Source of the DNA: a virus
Taxonomy: Duplodnaviria; Caudoviricetes
IMG/VR virus record: IMGVR_UViG_3300037422_000298
Length of the DNA stretch: 64,000 bases
Strand: one strand, 5' to 3'
In this document: positions 38,915-48,377 of the stretch, in pieces
Position numbering within the stretch: position 1 is the first letter of the stretch
How the letters are laid out: every line of letters begins with the position of its first letter
Made by a program: the position numbers and the translations under genes
Notes under the pieces: generated by a model
Seen by the model: the letters and a program-made list of their open reading frames with translations, nothing else
What the model was told of the DNA's origin: nothing
Databases searched by the model: none

Positions 38915-41237
38915 GGAGTTCTGTTACTCCGACCACTTCTTGTCCGTCGATCTTCACCGTTAACGTGTTTTCGTCGAGAGAAGAAAACTCCTTGAACCAG
39001 ACTTGCCCCACCAGAATGCCGAACTTGATCTGCGCGGCTTGGTAGATCAGGCCGCGCGTCTTCGCGATCTGCGCCTGCGTCTGTCCGGTCAGCCACTTCT
39101 CGTGGAGGTTCTTCGGGTTCTTCTTGACGAACTCGTCGACCTCTTCGATCGCGTTCGACATGAACGTGTCGCACGGGTTGAGCTTCTTACCACCCTTGAT
39201 CTTCTCCTTCACGGCCTTGACCGAATCGAGCTTGCTGCAGCCCTTGATCTTGATGTCCAGCTCCTTGCCCATGATGAAGTCCTTCGACTCGGCTTGGACG
39301 GACTTCGGCGAGAAGCCATTGTCGGTGAGGCCCTGCTCCTTCAGCCACGCCGCGCCGTCGTCACCATACTTCGAGGCGAAGTTCGCATGACGAACGCCGG
39401 GGAACAGTTCTTCCTGGTAGGCCTTGTAGACCTTCTGTGCGCCGCGCGCCTTGAGCAGCGACCACTCCAGCTCGATGACGTCCTTCGCGTTGACGGCCTT
39501 CACCATGTTGCGATTGATGATCGGCAACGGCTTGACGTTGATGACCGTATGGACGTGGCCCTTTTGCATGCCGACGTGTCCTGCGCCGCTGGTCGAGACG
39601 CCAGCAGCAACGAGCGCGTCGTACGTCGCCTGCGAGACCTGAACCGGCAGTTTCTCGACGTTCACGAGACCGTGCGCGACGATCGAGTAGTTCCGCCAGA
39701 TGTGCGTCTGGAACTCGGTCGGGATGCCCTTGAACTTCTTGTGCTCGGGGCGCGACGACAAGTCGACCTTGCCCGTCTTGCGGACGCGAACGCTGATGTT
39801 CGGGCTGCATTCGTTGAACACGAGCCCCGAGACCTCGTAGCCGTTCGGTGCTTCGTCGGCGGCGAACTTGAGTGCGTCGCGCTTCGCGGCGAGGATCGTG
39901 TCCAACTCGCCTTGCAGCTCCTTGAGCCGCTTCGCCGACTTCTCGCCCGCCATCTGGTTACGGATGACTTCGACTTGCAGCGCCTCGTCGGCGGTCAGGT
40001 TCTCGTCGGCGTCGACACGCTTGCGACCGATGCGCGAGTACTTGAAGTCGGGATGATCGAGTAGAAGCCGCGTGCTGTCGTCATCTGCCAACGTGCGCAG
40101 CAGATCGAGCACCGTGAAGGCGTCGTCGGCCGGGACCTTGTTCGGGTCGTAGCCTTCGGTGCAGCGGAGCTTTGGATCGAAGGCCGCATGCTTGGCGGCG
40201 TCCATGAACTCGCTGTACTTTTGTTTGCCGAAACAGACACTGAACGCGTTGATGAAGCGAACGTCACCGAGCGCCTTCAGCACGGGGTAGACGACGTCGG
40301 GTTTCATGCGAACCGCGAACAGTGACATCGCTGCGTAGGCGGCAGCAGCGGCTGGTGTCGCGTCGTCGCCGAACACACCGCGGCGGCTCTGCGAGCTGAT
40401 CGGCGGGACTGCATCGCCGACGCTGGTCGGCGACAGATAGAAGATCTCCGTCGTGTTCTCGGGTACGAGCGCTTTGCTCGTGCTGGCGTCGTACGTCGTG
40501 ATCTCGCCGTCGGCGAGTGCGAATGCGAAGCCGCCGATCGGGTCGCCACCGACGTCGACTTCAATGCGCTTGCCGCCCATCGGGCGCTTCTGCATCGCGG
40601 CTTCGAACGTGACTTCGTACTTGTCGAATGCGTCGGCGTGGATGTGGACGCCGCCTGCCTTCTCGGCCATCGCCGCGAGCAGTGGTCGATCGGCGTAGTA
40701 GCCGTACTCGACGAACGTCGAGGATGCGAGCACGCCCGCGGTCTTCTCGACGACCTTGAGGATGTCTGCGCGGTTCCATTGATTGTCGCAGCCGTCGGAC
40801 ATGAAGAACAACGCGAACGGGTTCTTGTTCTTCTTGCTGACGCGGCCGACGAGCTTCTCGACTTCGGCGAGCGGTTCCTTGAAACCCGTCAGGCCGATCG
40901 GTTTGAGCCACCGATCGATCGCTTTGTTGACGTCGGCGAGATCGGCGAGCGTGGCGACGGGCTCGGCTTCGAGTAGCGCACCGAACTCGCCGCGACCGCT
41001 GAACCAGACCATCGACAGCGTGTCGCCGTCGCGCAGTAGCTTCGGCAGCTTCTTCTTGAGCTGCTCGCGGATGCGCGGCAGGTCACTGGTCATGCTGCCC
41101 GAGCAGTCGATCACAGCGATGTGGTTCGTTGACGTCTCGACGGGCTTTGCCGGTGCAGACTTCGCGACTGTCTGGTGAACGAGATAGAGGTTCTTGGTGA
41201 TGTTGTGCGAAACAGCGTCGATCTTGCTCTTGCTCAT
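38892..41237 (-). CDS. vWA (MIDAS) domain protein, 781 aa
   Basis: IAVIDCSGSM, WFSGRGEFG, FFMSDGCDN. Confidence 0.85.
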   Translation of the reverse strand: MSKSKIDAVSHNITKNLYLVHQTVAKSAPAKPVETSTNHIAVIDCSGSMTSDLPRIREQLKKKLPKLLRDGDTLSMVWFSGRGEFGALLEAEPVATLADLADVNKAIDRWLKPIGLTGFKEPLAEVEKLVGRVSKKNKNPFALFFMSDGCDNQWNRADILKVVEKTAGVLASSTFVEYGYYADRPLLAAMAEKAGGVHIHADAFDKYEVTFEAAMQKRPMGGKRIEVDVGGDPIGGFAFALADGEITTYDASTSKALVPENTTEIFYLSPTSVGDAVPPISSQSRRGVFGDDATPAAAAAYAAMSLFAVRMKPDVVYPVLKALGDVRFINAFSVCFGKQKYSEFMDAAKHAAFDPKLRCTEGYDPNKVPADDAFTVLDLLRTLADDDSTRLLLDHPDFKYSRIGRKRVDADENLTADEALQVEVIRNQMAGEKSAKRLKELQGELDTILAAKRDALKFAADEAPNGYEVSGLVFNECSPNISVRVRKTGKVDLSSRPEHKKFKGIPTEFQTHIWRNYSIVAHGLVNVEKLPVQVSQATYDALVAAGVSTSGAGHVGMQKGHVHTVINVKPLPIINRNMVKAVNAKDVIELEWSLLKARGAQKVYKAYQEELFPGVRHANFASKYGDDGAAWLKEQGLTDNGFSPKSVQAESKDFIMGKELDIKIKGCSKLDSVKAVKEKIKGGKKLNPCDTFMSNAIEEVDEFVKKNPKNLHEKWLTGQTQAQIAKTRGLIYQAAQIKFGILVGQVWFKEFSSLDENTLTVKIDGQEVVGVTELREVEIKI

Positions 41238-41450
41238 GTGCTCTTGCTCCTTGAAAAGACGCTACCAACACGGTCTGACGAAGCCACGTAAGTGCTTGTT
41301 TCAACTGTGAAAAACGCCAAGCAGAAACTCAGCAAGCACGCGGATAGTCATCCTGCGTTTGGGTACCGCTGAAGTTCTTAACGAGTCAAGAGCTTCATGC
41401 GGCTGAATAGTGCAGTCGCTACAGCGATCGACGATCGCCGTAGCGATCGT

Positions 41451-42068
41451 CTACCGAATCAGTGTGTGCTCGTTGGAAAGCTCGATCACCCATTCACCGT
41501 CGAGCGCCTGGCTGCTCAACAGCAACTCGGCGCGACTGAATGCATCGTCGTTGGCATCGATCTGCAACCACTCAGCGTTGCCGACCCGCCAGCAGATCGG
41601 ATTCGCATCCCACGCTTGTGGGCCACGATAGATCGTACGCCACTGGTGTTCGAATTCTTCGCGGTGCGTTCGACCTCCCGTTGGGAGCATACCCGCTGCT
41701 TGTGCGCTTTCTTCGGTGACGCTGTGAAGCGGCGCAATCTGAAGCTCCGTGACGCGCAAAAACAGTTCAGCGCGTTCACGCGGCAGCGGCGTCAACTGAC
41801 CTTTGAGTCCACCGATGGGCGTCAGCGCCGCGCGAAATCCTGGCGCGGCCAACTCACCGAGGAAGTGCACGTGATTGTCCGCATCGAGTGCCCACGGCTC
41901 ACGAACCCACAGCGTGTCGTTGACGATACCGAATGGCGAAGTCGGCTGCGCGCCGCTTCGGTAGGCTTCCATGTCGGCTTGCGAGAACGGCTTCCACGTC
42001 AGCGTCTTGATGCCATCGCGAACCGCACGCGCGAGGTGCGTGCAGAATTCGACCATGTGTTCGGCCAT
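41451..42068 (-). CDS. ASCH/PUA-like phage protein
   Basis: LWVREPW...LFLRVTELQIAPLHSVTEESAQAAG...W..NP. Confidence 0.6.
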   Translation of the reverse strand: MAEHMVEFCTHLARAVRDGIKTLTWKPFSQADMEAYRSGAQPTSPFGIVNDTLWVREPWALDADNHVHFLGELAAPGFRAALTPIGGLKGQLTPLPRERAELFLRVTELQIAPLHSVTEESAQAAGMLPTGGRTHREEFEHQWRTIYRGPQAWDANPICWRVGNAEWLQIDANDDAFSRAELLLSSQALDGEWVIELSNEHTLIR

Positions 42069-42113
42069 GCTCTGTACGCTATCACGATCGCGGGAGCGAT
42101 CGGCTTGTCGTGA

Positions 42114-42503
42114 CTAGACCGTTTCGGCGTTGATGACCGCGAGCTGCATCGGCAGAATCTGTGCGGCCATCGTCGGCGAGTAGAGAAACCCGGTGATGAC
42201 CTGAATCCCTGCTTCGGTGAAGACAGCTGTCTTGGGAGTCTTGGCGGCGTTCACCAAGAACGTCCAGTCCTCCTCGGCGATGTCGAAGGTGCCTTCCTTC
42301 TTTGAGACGGCGTCCTGATACGCGCGTGTGATCGACTGTTGTGCCTGTCCATGCTTCCACGACTCGTTCCAGAGCGGGTTCGCGAACAACTTGATCAGGA
42401 AGCCTTGGAAGTCGAGTGTGCCGATCGCGCCTGGGATCGGCAGGCCTGTCAACAGGTCTTTGAAATGGATCGGCTCGGGGATCTTGATGCGACGCTGGGG
42501 CAT
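42114..42503 (-). CDS. Hypothetical protein downstream of the fibre gene
   Basis: ORF context. Confidence 0.55.
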   Translation of the reverse strand: MPQRRIKIPEPIHFKDLLTGLPIPGAIGTLDFQGFLIKLFANPLWNESWKHGQAQQSITRAYQDAVSKKEGTFDIAEEDWTFLVNAAKTPKTAVFTEAGIQVITGFLYSPTMAAQILPMQLAVINAETV

Positions 42504-42552
42504 GTCGCGACTATAGTGCCACGCGTACGAATGACGCCAGCTTCAAACGCAC

Positions 42553-44958
42553 TTAGCCAGCGATGAGTCCGTGTCCTGTTGAGGCACGCACGCGCGCCAA
42601 GAGATCGTTGATGGCTGTACGTGCCTCGGCGTCGACCGTGGCACCGCCCGCGGCGTCTGCCACGGCGGCGCCCTGGGCACCGACGACCTTGGTGCCGCCG
42701 CGAAGCAGGGACGTCGTCATATTGATCGAGCCGGTGACATCGAGTGCTTCGGTGGGCGCGGCGTTGCCGATACCGAGACGGTTGGCGGCGTCGTCGTAGA
42801 AGAGGTTCGCGTTGTCCTGCGCGATGCGCCCTGATGCATTCGCGAACAGAACTGATCCGGTTGTGAGCGCGGCTTCGAGCTGCGGCAGATTGAAGTACGC
42901 ACCCGCGTTGAGTGAGGTCTGGAACTGGTCCGTCGTCTCGTTGTACCGAAGTCGACCCGTGTCCGCTGCGCTGACTGCTGCGGCGGCGCCGCCTGCAAGC
43001 TGGTAGAACGCCGACCCGCCTGTCATTCCAAACGAGTGCTCGTTCCTCGTGATGTTGGCGAACACGATGTCCGACGCGTTCGAGAACCAGTAGAGTCGGC
43101 TCTGCAAGTGAGTGATGGCGACGCTCGCATTCGCCCACCCGAGTGACCCACGACCTGCGCTGACGTTGTCGAGGTACTGGATCGCCGAGTACCCGGACGT
43201 CGACAGGTTGCGAAGGTTCATCGCAAGATTGGCGGTCAACGAGTGCGAGATCAGAAACGGGTTCGGCGACGACGCGCCATCGATATAGGACGTGTCGCTA
43301 GAGTTATCGTGCCCGACCCCGAGAACGAAGGTTCCGATCTCGTTGACGAAGTTGATCGTCGAGAAACCGGTCGCGCTGGTGTTCTGGATCAGTGCAACGC
43401 CCTGTGCACTGACCGTACGGCGAACGTGAAGCTGATAAGCGGCATCTGGCGTAGACGTGCCAATCCCGATCTGACCGGTTGTCGTGATCGTCATCCGGGT
43501 GTTGGTGTTGCGAGCTGCGTCTGTACTGACGTCACCGGTCGCGAACTTCATTTTGATCGCGTCAGACTCGTCGATGAAGATCGCCGAGTCGCCCGGCGTG
43601 AAGGATCCAAGAATCAGCACGGCGTCGCTCGCCGCAGCGAGCGAAATGATGGACGCCACACAGTGACTAGTAGTGCTGTGAACCTCCAGCTTGGTGTCGG
43701 TAAACAGTCCCGGTGTGCTGGTACCAACGCCAAGTGCATTGGTGGTGTCGTTCCAGAAGAGTTGCGCGTTGTCCTGTGCGATGCGCCCTGACGCGTTCGC
43801 GAACAGTACCGAGCCGCTAGTCAGTGCAGTTTCGAGCTGTGGAACATTGAAGTACGCAGCGCCGTCGAGCGACGATTGTAGCGCAACAGCTGTGTCGTTG
43901 TAGCGAAGACGCGCTGTATTGACGGCGCTGACGGCTGCCGCGGCGCCATTCGCCATGGCCAAGAACGTCGAGCCCGCCGTCATACCGAACCGGAAGGCAT
44001 TTTCGGTGGCGCTGGCGAGTGCGATGTCCGCGCCGGTAAATGCCAACCAACCGTTCAGATTTTGGAGGTGTGTAAAAGCGTAAGCACTGGGAAAGAACCC
44101 GACATACGACTGAAACACGGCTGCTTGATTCAGAAATCCAAGCGCGCTTGGACCTGTGTTTGCGCCGTTGTTGTTATGAAGGAAGGCGACGCCGTCGGTG
44201 GCGTGGTTACGGCGTACATAGAGTTGTGCATCTAAAAAATCAACATTGCCGCCCAGCGTAGTCAGCAAGTTGGTCGGCGTGTTGGTTCCGATGCCGAGTC
44301 GATTGTTCGTGTCGTCCCAAAAGAAGTTCGCGTTGTCCTGCGAAACTGCGCTTCCGGCACCTGCAAACAGTACCGAGCCTGCGCTCAACCCTGAGAGCAC
44401 CGACACGGTCGCGACGCCAAGAACATCGGTCGCGGTGACGTTCGGCCCGACGAAGTCGATGTTCGTGTATGGACTGCCTGGCAGGATCACGCCGTCGTCG
44501 AGGACGTTGATGCCCGCGATACCGCCGCCGCCGGGGATCGTGATACGCGCGACGCCACCGCCCATGTCGGTCGCGATTACGCCCGCGCCGACGAAATCGA
44601 AAATCGGGTGGGGATTATTGGGGATCGCGAGGCCCTCGTCGCGCACGTCGACGCCAGCCGTGCCGCCGCCGGAGGCGTTGAACGGTTGAGGGCTGAGGTC
44701 CGTGATCTGTGAGGAGCCGAGCTGGCGTGGGATCGTGTGTTTCAGTTCGAGCCAAACGTCGACGCTGGCCGGTGCCGCGTTGTTGTTGGTAACGGTGACG
44801 GTGGTAGTCGTGACGACAACAGAGAAGCCCTGTGCGCTCAGCGCGGTGAAGTCAGGGCGTTTGGGTACGCCGTTGACGTTGATCTGGTGGACCAACATCG
44901 CGTTGCCGCTCGCGGGAACGTTCGCGAACGACAGGACTTGTAAAAGCCTCGTCGCCAT
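42553..44958 (-). CDS. Fibre/spike (receptor-binding) protein with internal repeats
   Basis: Three GSVLFA...QDNA.(F/L)F(W/Y)...N.LG(I/V)G repeats; GIGTxTP motifs. Confidence 0.75.
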   Translation of the reverse strand: MATRLLQVLSFANVPASGNAMLVHQINVNGVPKRPDFTALSAQGFSVVVTTTTVTVTNNNAAPASVDVWLELKHTIPRQLGSSQITDLSPQPFNASGGGTAGVDVRDEGLAIPNNPHPIFDFVGAGVIATDMGGGVARITIPGGGGIAGINVLDDGVILPGSPYTNIDFVGPNVTATDVLGVATVSVLSGLSAGSVLFAGAGSAVSQDNANFFWDDTNNRLGIGTNTPTNLLTTLGGNVDFLDAQLYVRRNHATDGVAFLHNNNGANTGPSALGFLNQAAVFQSYVGFFPSAYAFTHLQNLNGWLAFTGADIALASATENAFRFGMTAGSTFLAMANGAAAAVSAVNTARLRYNDTAVALQSSLDGAAYFNVPQLETALTSGSVLFANASGRIAQDNAQLFWNDTTNALGVGTSTPGLFTDTKLEVHSTTSHCVASIISLAAASDAVLILGSFTPGDSAIFIDESDAIKMKFATGDVSTDAARNTNTRMTITTTGQIGIGTSTPDAAYQLHVRRTVSAQGVALIQNTSATGFSTINFVNEIGTFVLGVGHDNSSDTSYIDGASSPNPFLISHSLTANLAMNLRNLSTSGYSAIQYLDNVSAGRGSLGWANASVAITHLQSRLYWFSNASDIVFANITRNEHSFGMTGGSAFYQLAGGAAAAVSAADTGRLRYNETTDQFQTSLNAGAYFNLPQLEAALTTGSVLFANASGRIAQDNANLFYDDAANRLGIGNAAPTEALDVTGSINMTTSLLRGGTKVVGAQGAAVADAAGGATVDAEARTAINDLLARVRASTGHGLIAG

Positions 44959-45224
44959 GTCTTCAACGTAACACGATCGCGGGAGCGATCGCTCGTGCTT
45001 GAGCAGCGACCGCCGTCGTCATAGAACGTAGGCATGGCGATGAAACGCTGCTCTTGGACGCTCGCGAAGGGTCCTATAGGACGTCGAAAGTTTTCAGGTT
45101 GTTTCAGCTCGCACGCTGAAGCGGAACGCGCAGCGCAAGACGAAGGTCCCGGCTGGACGCCTACGGTCGTTCCACCGCCGGGTGTACCGCTACAGTCGCG
45201 ACGGCGTACGAAGCGGCGGCGTCG

Positions 45225-46160
45225 CTAGCGTACCGGCTTGTAGCTGGGCGCATCGAAGTACCCGTACGGTGAACGCGTCGGGTCGTTGGGAAACCATTCG
45301 CGCGGGTTCGGGTACCCGCCGTCGGGACCGCCGAGCACGAAGCCCGGACCACCATCGGTCAGCCCGAGCTTCTTCATCATCACCGCGACGATTTCCTGCG
45401 CGACCTTTGATCCAGGATCGTTGCGGCGATTTGCGCTCGACTGTCGGTGCGTGTTGAGCGAGTGCATCTTGCCACCGAGGCGCAGCGTCTCGTAGTACCG
45501 CCACTCGATGAGCTGACAGGTCGACTCGATCTGCTTGTCGGTGACGCTGACAGCGGTCTCTTTGTACGGCGTCTTGGGATCGTCCCAGACCGTGCGGGGG
45601 TCACCTTCGATCCCGGCGAACAGTCCGTCGATCTCCGCGCCCCAACACTGCGTGTTCCACTCGTTGCCGTGGATGATCCGTCGCGTGTCGTCGTGCAACC
45701 AAATCACGTCGCCGTCGCTGTAGTAGCCGCCAGCTGGGCGCATGATGGTGTAGTGCGCGCCGATGTCATCACAGCGTGCAGGGTCTTTGGAGACGGACAA
45801 GATGCAGGCCGTCTGGTGCATCGTTGCACCACGAACTTCCGTGATCGGCCGCGGACCATAGTCGTAGGTGCGGCCTGCGAACTTGCGGCGATCGATCAGG
45901 CGATCGGGCGGCTTGCAGGTGTGCGGCGTGTTGAGCAGTGTGATCAACGAATCGACCCACGCCAGCTCAGCGTCGGAGATCATTTCGGGATCGGGGTCAG
46001 GTGCACGACTGTGTGCGAGCGACAGCATGTTGAACGCTGCGAACGTCTCGTTGCCGAGATCACCGTCGGCACCCCAGCGCGGCAGTTTCATCCCGAGCGC
46101 GAGTAGCTTGTTCTGGAAGTCTTGGACGTTCTGGCCCTTGTCGTTTCGCTTGAGCGCCAT
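45225..46160 (-). CDS. Endolysin: PG-binding domain + N-acetylmuramoyl-L-alanine amidase
   Basis: LKRNDKGQNVQDFQNKL...GADGDLG; MHQTA, GAHY, HGN, EIDG, THRQ...DPG. Confidence 0.85.
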   Translation of the reverse strand: MALKRNDKGQNVQDFQNKLLALGMKLPRWGADGDLGNETFAAFNMLSLAHSRAPDPDPEMISDAELAWVDSLITLLNTPHTCKPPDRLIDRRKFAGRTYDYGPRPITEVRGATMHQTACILSVSKDPARCDDIGAHYTIMRPAGGYYSDGDVIWLHDDTRRIIHGNEWNTQCWGAEIDGLFAGIEGDPRTVWDDPKTPYKETAVSVTDKQIESTCQLIEWRYYETLRLGGKMHSLNTHRQSSANRRNDPGSKVAQEIVAVMMKKLGLTDGGPGFVLGGPDGGYPNPREWFPNDPTRSPYGYFDAPSYKPVR

Positions 46161-46206
46161 ACGTACATGATAGGCGATCGCGTGCGCGATCGTAGGCGCT
46201 GTCGAC

Positions 46207-46246
46207 AAACGAAAACGGCCCGGTCCGAAGACCGAGCCGTTTCGTT
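46207..46246 (-). terminator. Intrinsic terminator (cUUCGg loop)
   Basis: AACGGCTCGGTC-TTCG-GACCGGGCCGTT then TTCGTTT on the minus strand. Confidence 0.75.
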
Positions 46247-46249
46247 CAT

Positions 46250-46311
46250 CGCTTCGTCGAAGCGACCGTCGTGGTTAGCACCGCTTCGTCGAAGCGACCG
46301 TCGTGGTTAGC
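46250..46311. repeat. 30-bp direct repeat x2 (period 32)
   Basis: CGCTTCGTCGAAGCGACCGTCGTGGTTAGC at 46250 and 46282. Confidence 0.9.
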
Positions 46312-46541
46312 GCCGTTTCTTGGTCCGCTTTTTGACCTTGGCCCAGCGATCACCGTCCCAAACTTCGAGCGCAGATCGATCCGGTTTCGGCGTGCTTCGG
46401 CGTGCTTCACGCATCGCTTCAGTCGTCGAATTCGCACAGAGATGGATGTACCCGCTGTAGCGCGAAGGGATGCGGTAGTTCGTCCAACCGGCAGAACATC
46501 GCACTCCGGGTGGTCCGGGCTTCGTCATGAGCGTCATCCTA

Positions 46542-47333
46542 CTACAAGTTTTTGCGCTTCAGATAGTTCTGGTACGCCTCGGTCGACGTCCAGCGTCGGC
46601 GGTCTTTCAGCGGACAGCGGCCGAACCCGGGCGGCGTCCCGAGCGCTTCGTCGAGCGGCCAGCTGTAAGTTACGACGCGGCTCTTGACCGTGTCGTAGCG
46701 AATGTCGGCGATCTCGGACCACTCACCGAGCGCGCGAAACTCACCTGCAAGTTCGTAGAGCTTGGTGCCTTGACGGTTGCGGTTTTGCTCTTCAGGTGTG
46801 GCCCATCGAATGTTGCCGGGAACGTAGCCCTTGTCGTTGTTGATGCGGTCGATCGAGTGGCGCCGAGACACGCGCGGCCCAAGTTCTTTTTCGACGTAAT
46901 CACGAAACGCTTCGAAGGTGTTCGCCCATGATTTGTGCATCGTAATGCCGCGACCGCCGTACCACTTGTACGGCCGACTGCGTGGGTTGAAGCACCGCGT
47001 CTTGATCGCTGACCACGCACGGTAGAGGTCGTTGACCTTGTGACCGACTGCAGCACCATGGCGTGTCGCTGCGACGTTTCGTGTAGTGACCTCTTCGCTG
47101 TGGACGCAGCCACATGATGTTGTCGCACCCGATGTCAGGCTGGTCTTCATGACGTCGACGAACCAGCCGCAGCTACAACGGCACGTGACCATCTTCTGGC
47201 CATGCTTCGTAACGACACCTGTGAAGCCGATGACGACGAGCCGACCGAACGGCGACTTCGCGAAGACATCAGTCCACGATGCAGGTGCAGGCTGCGTTGG
47301 CGCGCAGGTTTCGCGGCGGTTCCCAGATCTCAC
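46542..47333 (-). mobile_element. HNH homing endonuclease
   Basis: CRCSCG, SCGC, YGGRGI, HSIDRINNDKGYVPGNIRWAT..EQ.RN. Confidence 0.88.
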
Positions 47334-47376
47334 GGTTCGAGAACATCACGTACTCATAACAAAACGTCAAGACATG

Positions 47377-47406
47377 AAAAAAGCCACCGATTTCTCGGCG
47401 GCTCTT
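47377..47406 (-). terminator. Intrinsic terminator after the putative major capsid gene
   Basis: AGCCGCCGA-GAAA-TCGGTGGCT then TTTTT on the minus strand. Confidence 0.85.
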
Positions 47407-47439
47407 CCAACTAGGCGACTGATTTCGCCTAGTTAGGCC

Positions 47440-48189
47440 TCACACAACCGTCCTCTTGATGAGGCCGTACTTGTACAGCTTCACGTCGGCGAAGTTCAGC
47501 GCGGTTGCACCGTCGCTGGCCGCCTGAGCGATGCGGCAGGGGGCTTCGGGCTGGAAGATGCCCTTGTAGCCGAGGTTCTCGCGCTCGTGCACGGGGAGCA
47601 CGAGAGCGACGCGATCACGCGGGCTCGGGACGCCGTTCTGCGCGAGTTCGAACGCCGTGTTCGTGGAGAACACCCAGTAGCCGTGGCCCTGGGGGTAGTC
47701 CTGTAGGACGCCCTGCGTGTAGAACTTGGCGTTGTACTCGTACTGGAAGAACGTGACGCGGTCCATCTGGAACAGCGTCACCAGGCTCGGCGGATCCGAG
47801 AGCGCGAACGGCGCGATCGGCGCGCCCGCACCCGGGATGACCGTCGAGAAGTTGTCCGCGAGGGTCGGACGATCTGGCGAGGTGTCCGGCGCGCGCATCA
47901 CGCGCGTGACCATGATGCCCCAGCCGTAGACGAGCATCTCCCAGTCCTTCGGCAGACCAGAGTCGCCGTTGCGGGGGATGTTGGTGTCGACGCGCGTCTG
48001 CACGCGCTGACCGCCGGGGATCGGCTGGCTGCGACCCGAGCTGTACGCTTCGAGCGGCGTGGTGAGCCCGTTCTGGAACTGGACCGAGCCGTACAGCTTG
48101 TCGTCGATCCAGTCCGCGAGGGCGATGGTGCTGCCGTCGGGCAGCGTGAGGGTGGTGGTTGATGGCGCTACGCCAACTGCTCCGGCCAT
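47440..48189 (-). CDS. Candidate major capsid protein (single jelly-roll type)
   Basis: 249 aa, beta-rich, DTNIPRNGDSGLPKDWEMLVYG motif, strongly C/G-ending codons, own terminator. Confidence 0.55.
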   Translation of the reverse strand: MAGAVGVAPSTTTLTLPDGSTIALADWIDDKLYGSVQFQNGLTTPLEAYSSGRSQPIPGGQRVQTRVDTNIPRNGDSGLPKDWEMLVYGWGIMVTRVMRAPDTSPDRPTLADNFSTVIPGAGAPIAPFALSDPPSLVTLFQMDRVTFFQYEYNAKFYTQGVLQDYPQGHGYWVFSTNTAFELAQNGVPSPRDRVALVLPVHERENLGYKGIFQPEAPCRIAQAASDGATALNFADVKLYKYGLIKRTVV

Positions 48190-48377
48190 GGTCTCTTGTC
48201 CTTGTCGAGAGTGAACGGCTCAACGCCGTCTGGATGGTCGCGCCGAGGATTCGGCGTGAACCGGTGATCGCCGACCAGCGATCGTCGAAGCGATTCAATC
48301 GCGCGAGCGACTCAATCGCTTCAGCGACTCTGGGCGCTAGTTGCCGCCTCCGTTGCGGTTATCGGCCCGCACGCTGT

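Noticed and set aside
38317-38987. DGR template/variable repeat pair, or group I intron
   Set aside because: Differences are mostly synonymous third-position changes, not adenine-specific, and no reverse transcriptase is present. The upstream copy ends in its own stop, and there is no room for an intron core.
39003-40064. Long antisense ORFs (also 13654-14628, 37382-38350, 48159-49292 and others)
   Set aside because: These are shadow frames of GC-rich genes on the opposite strand.
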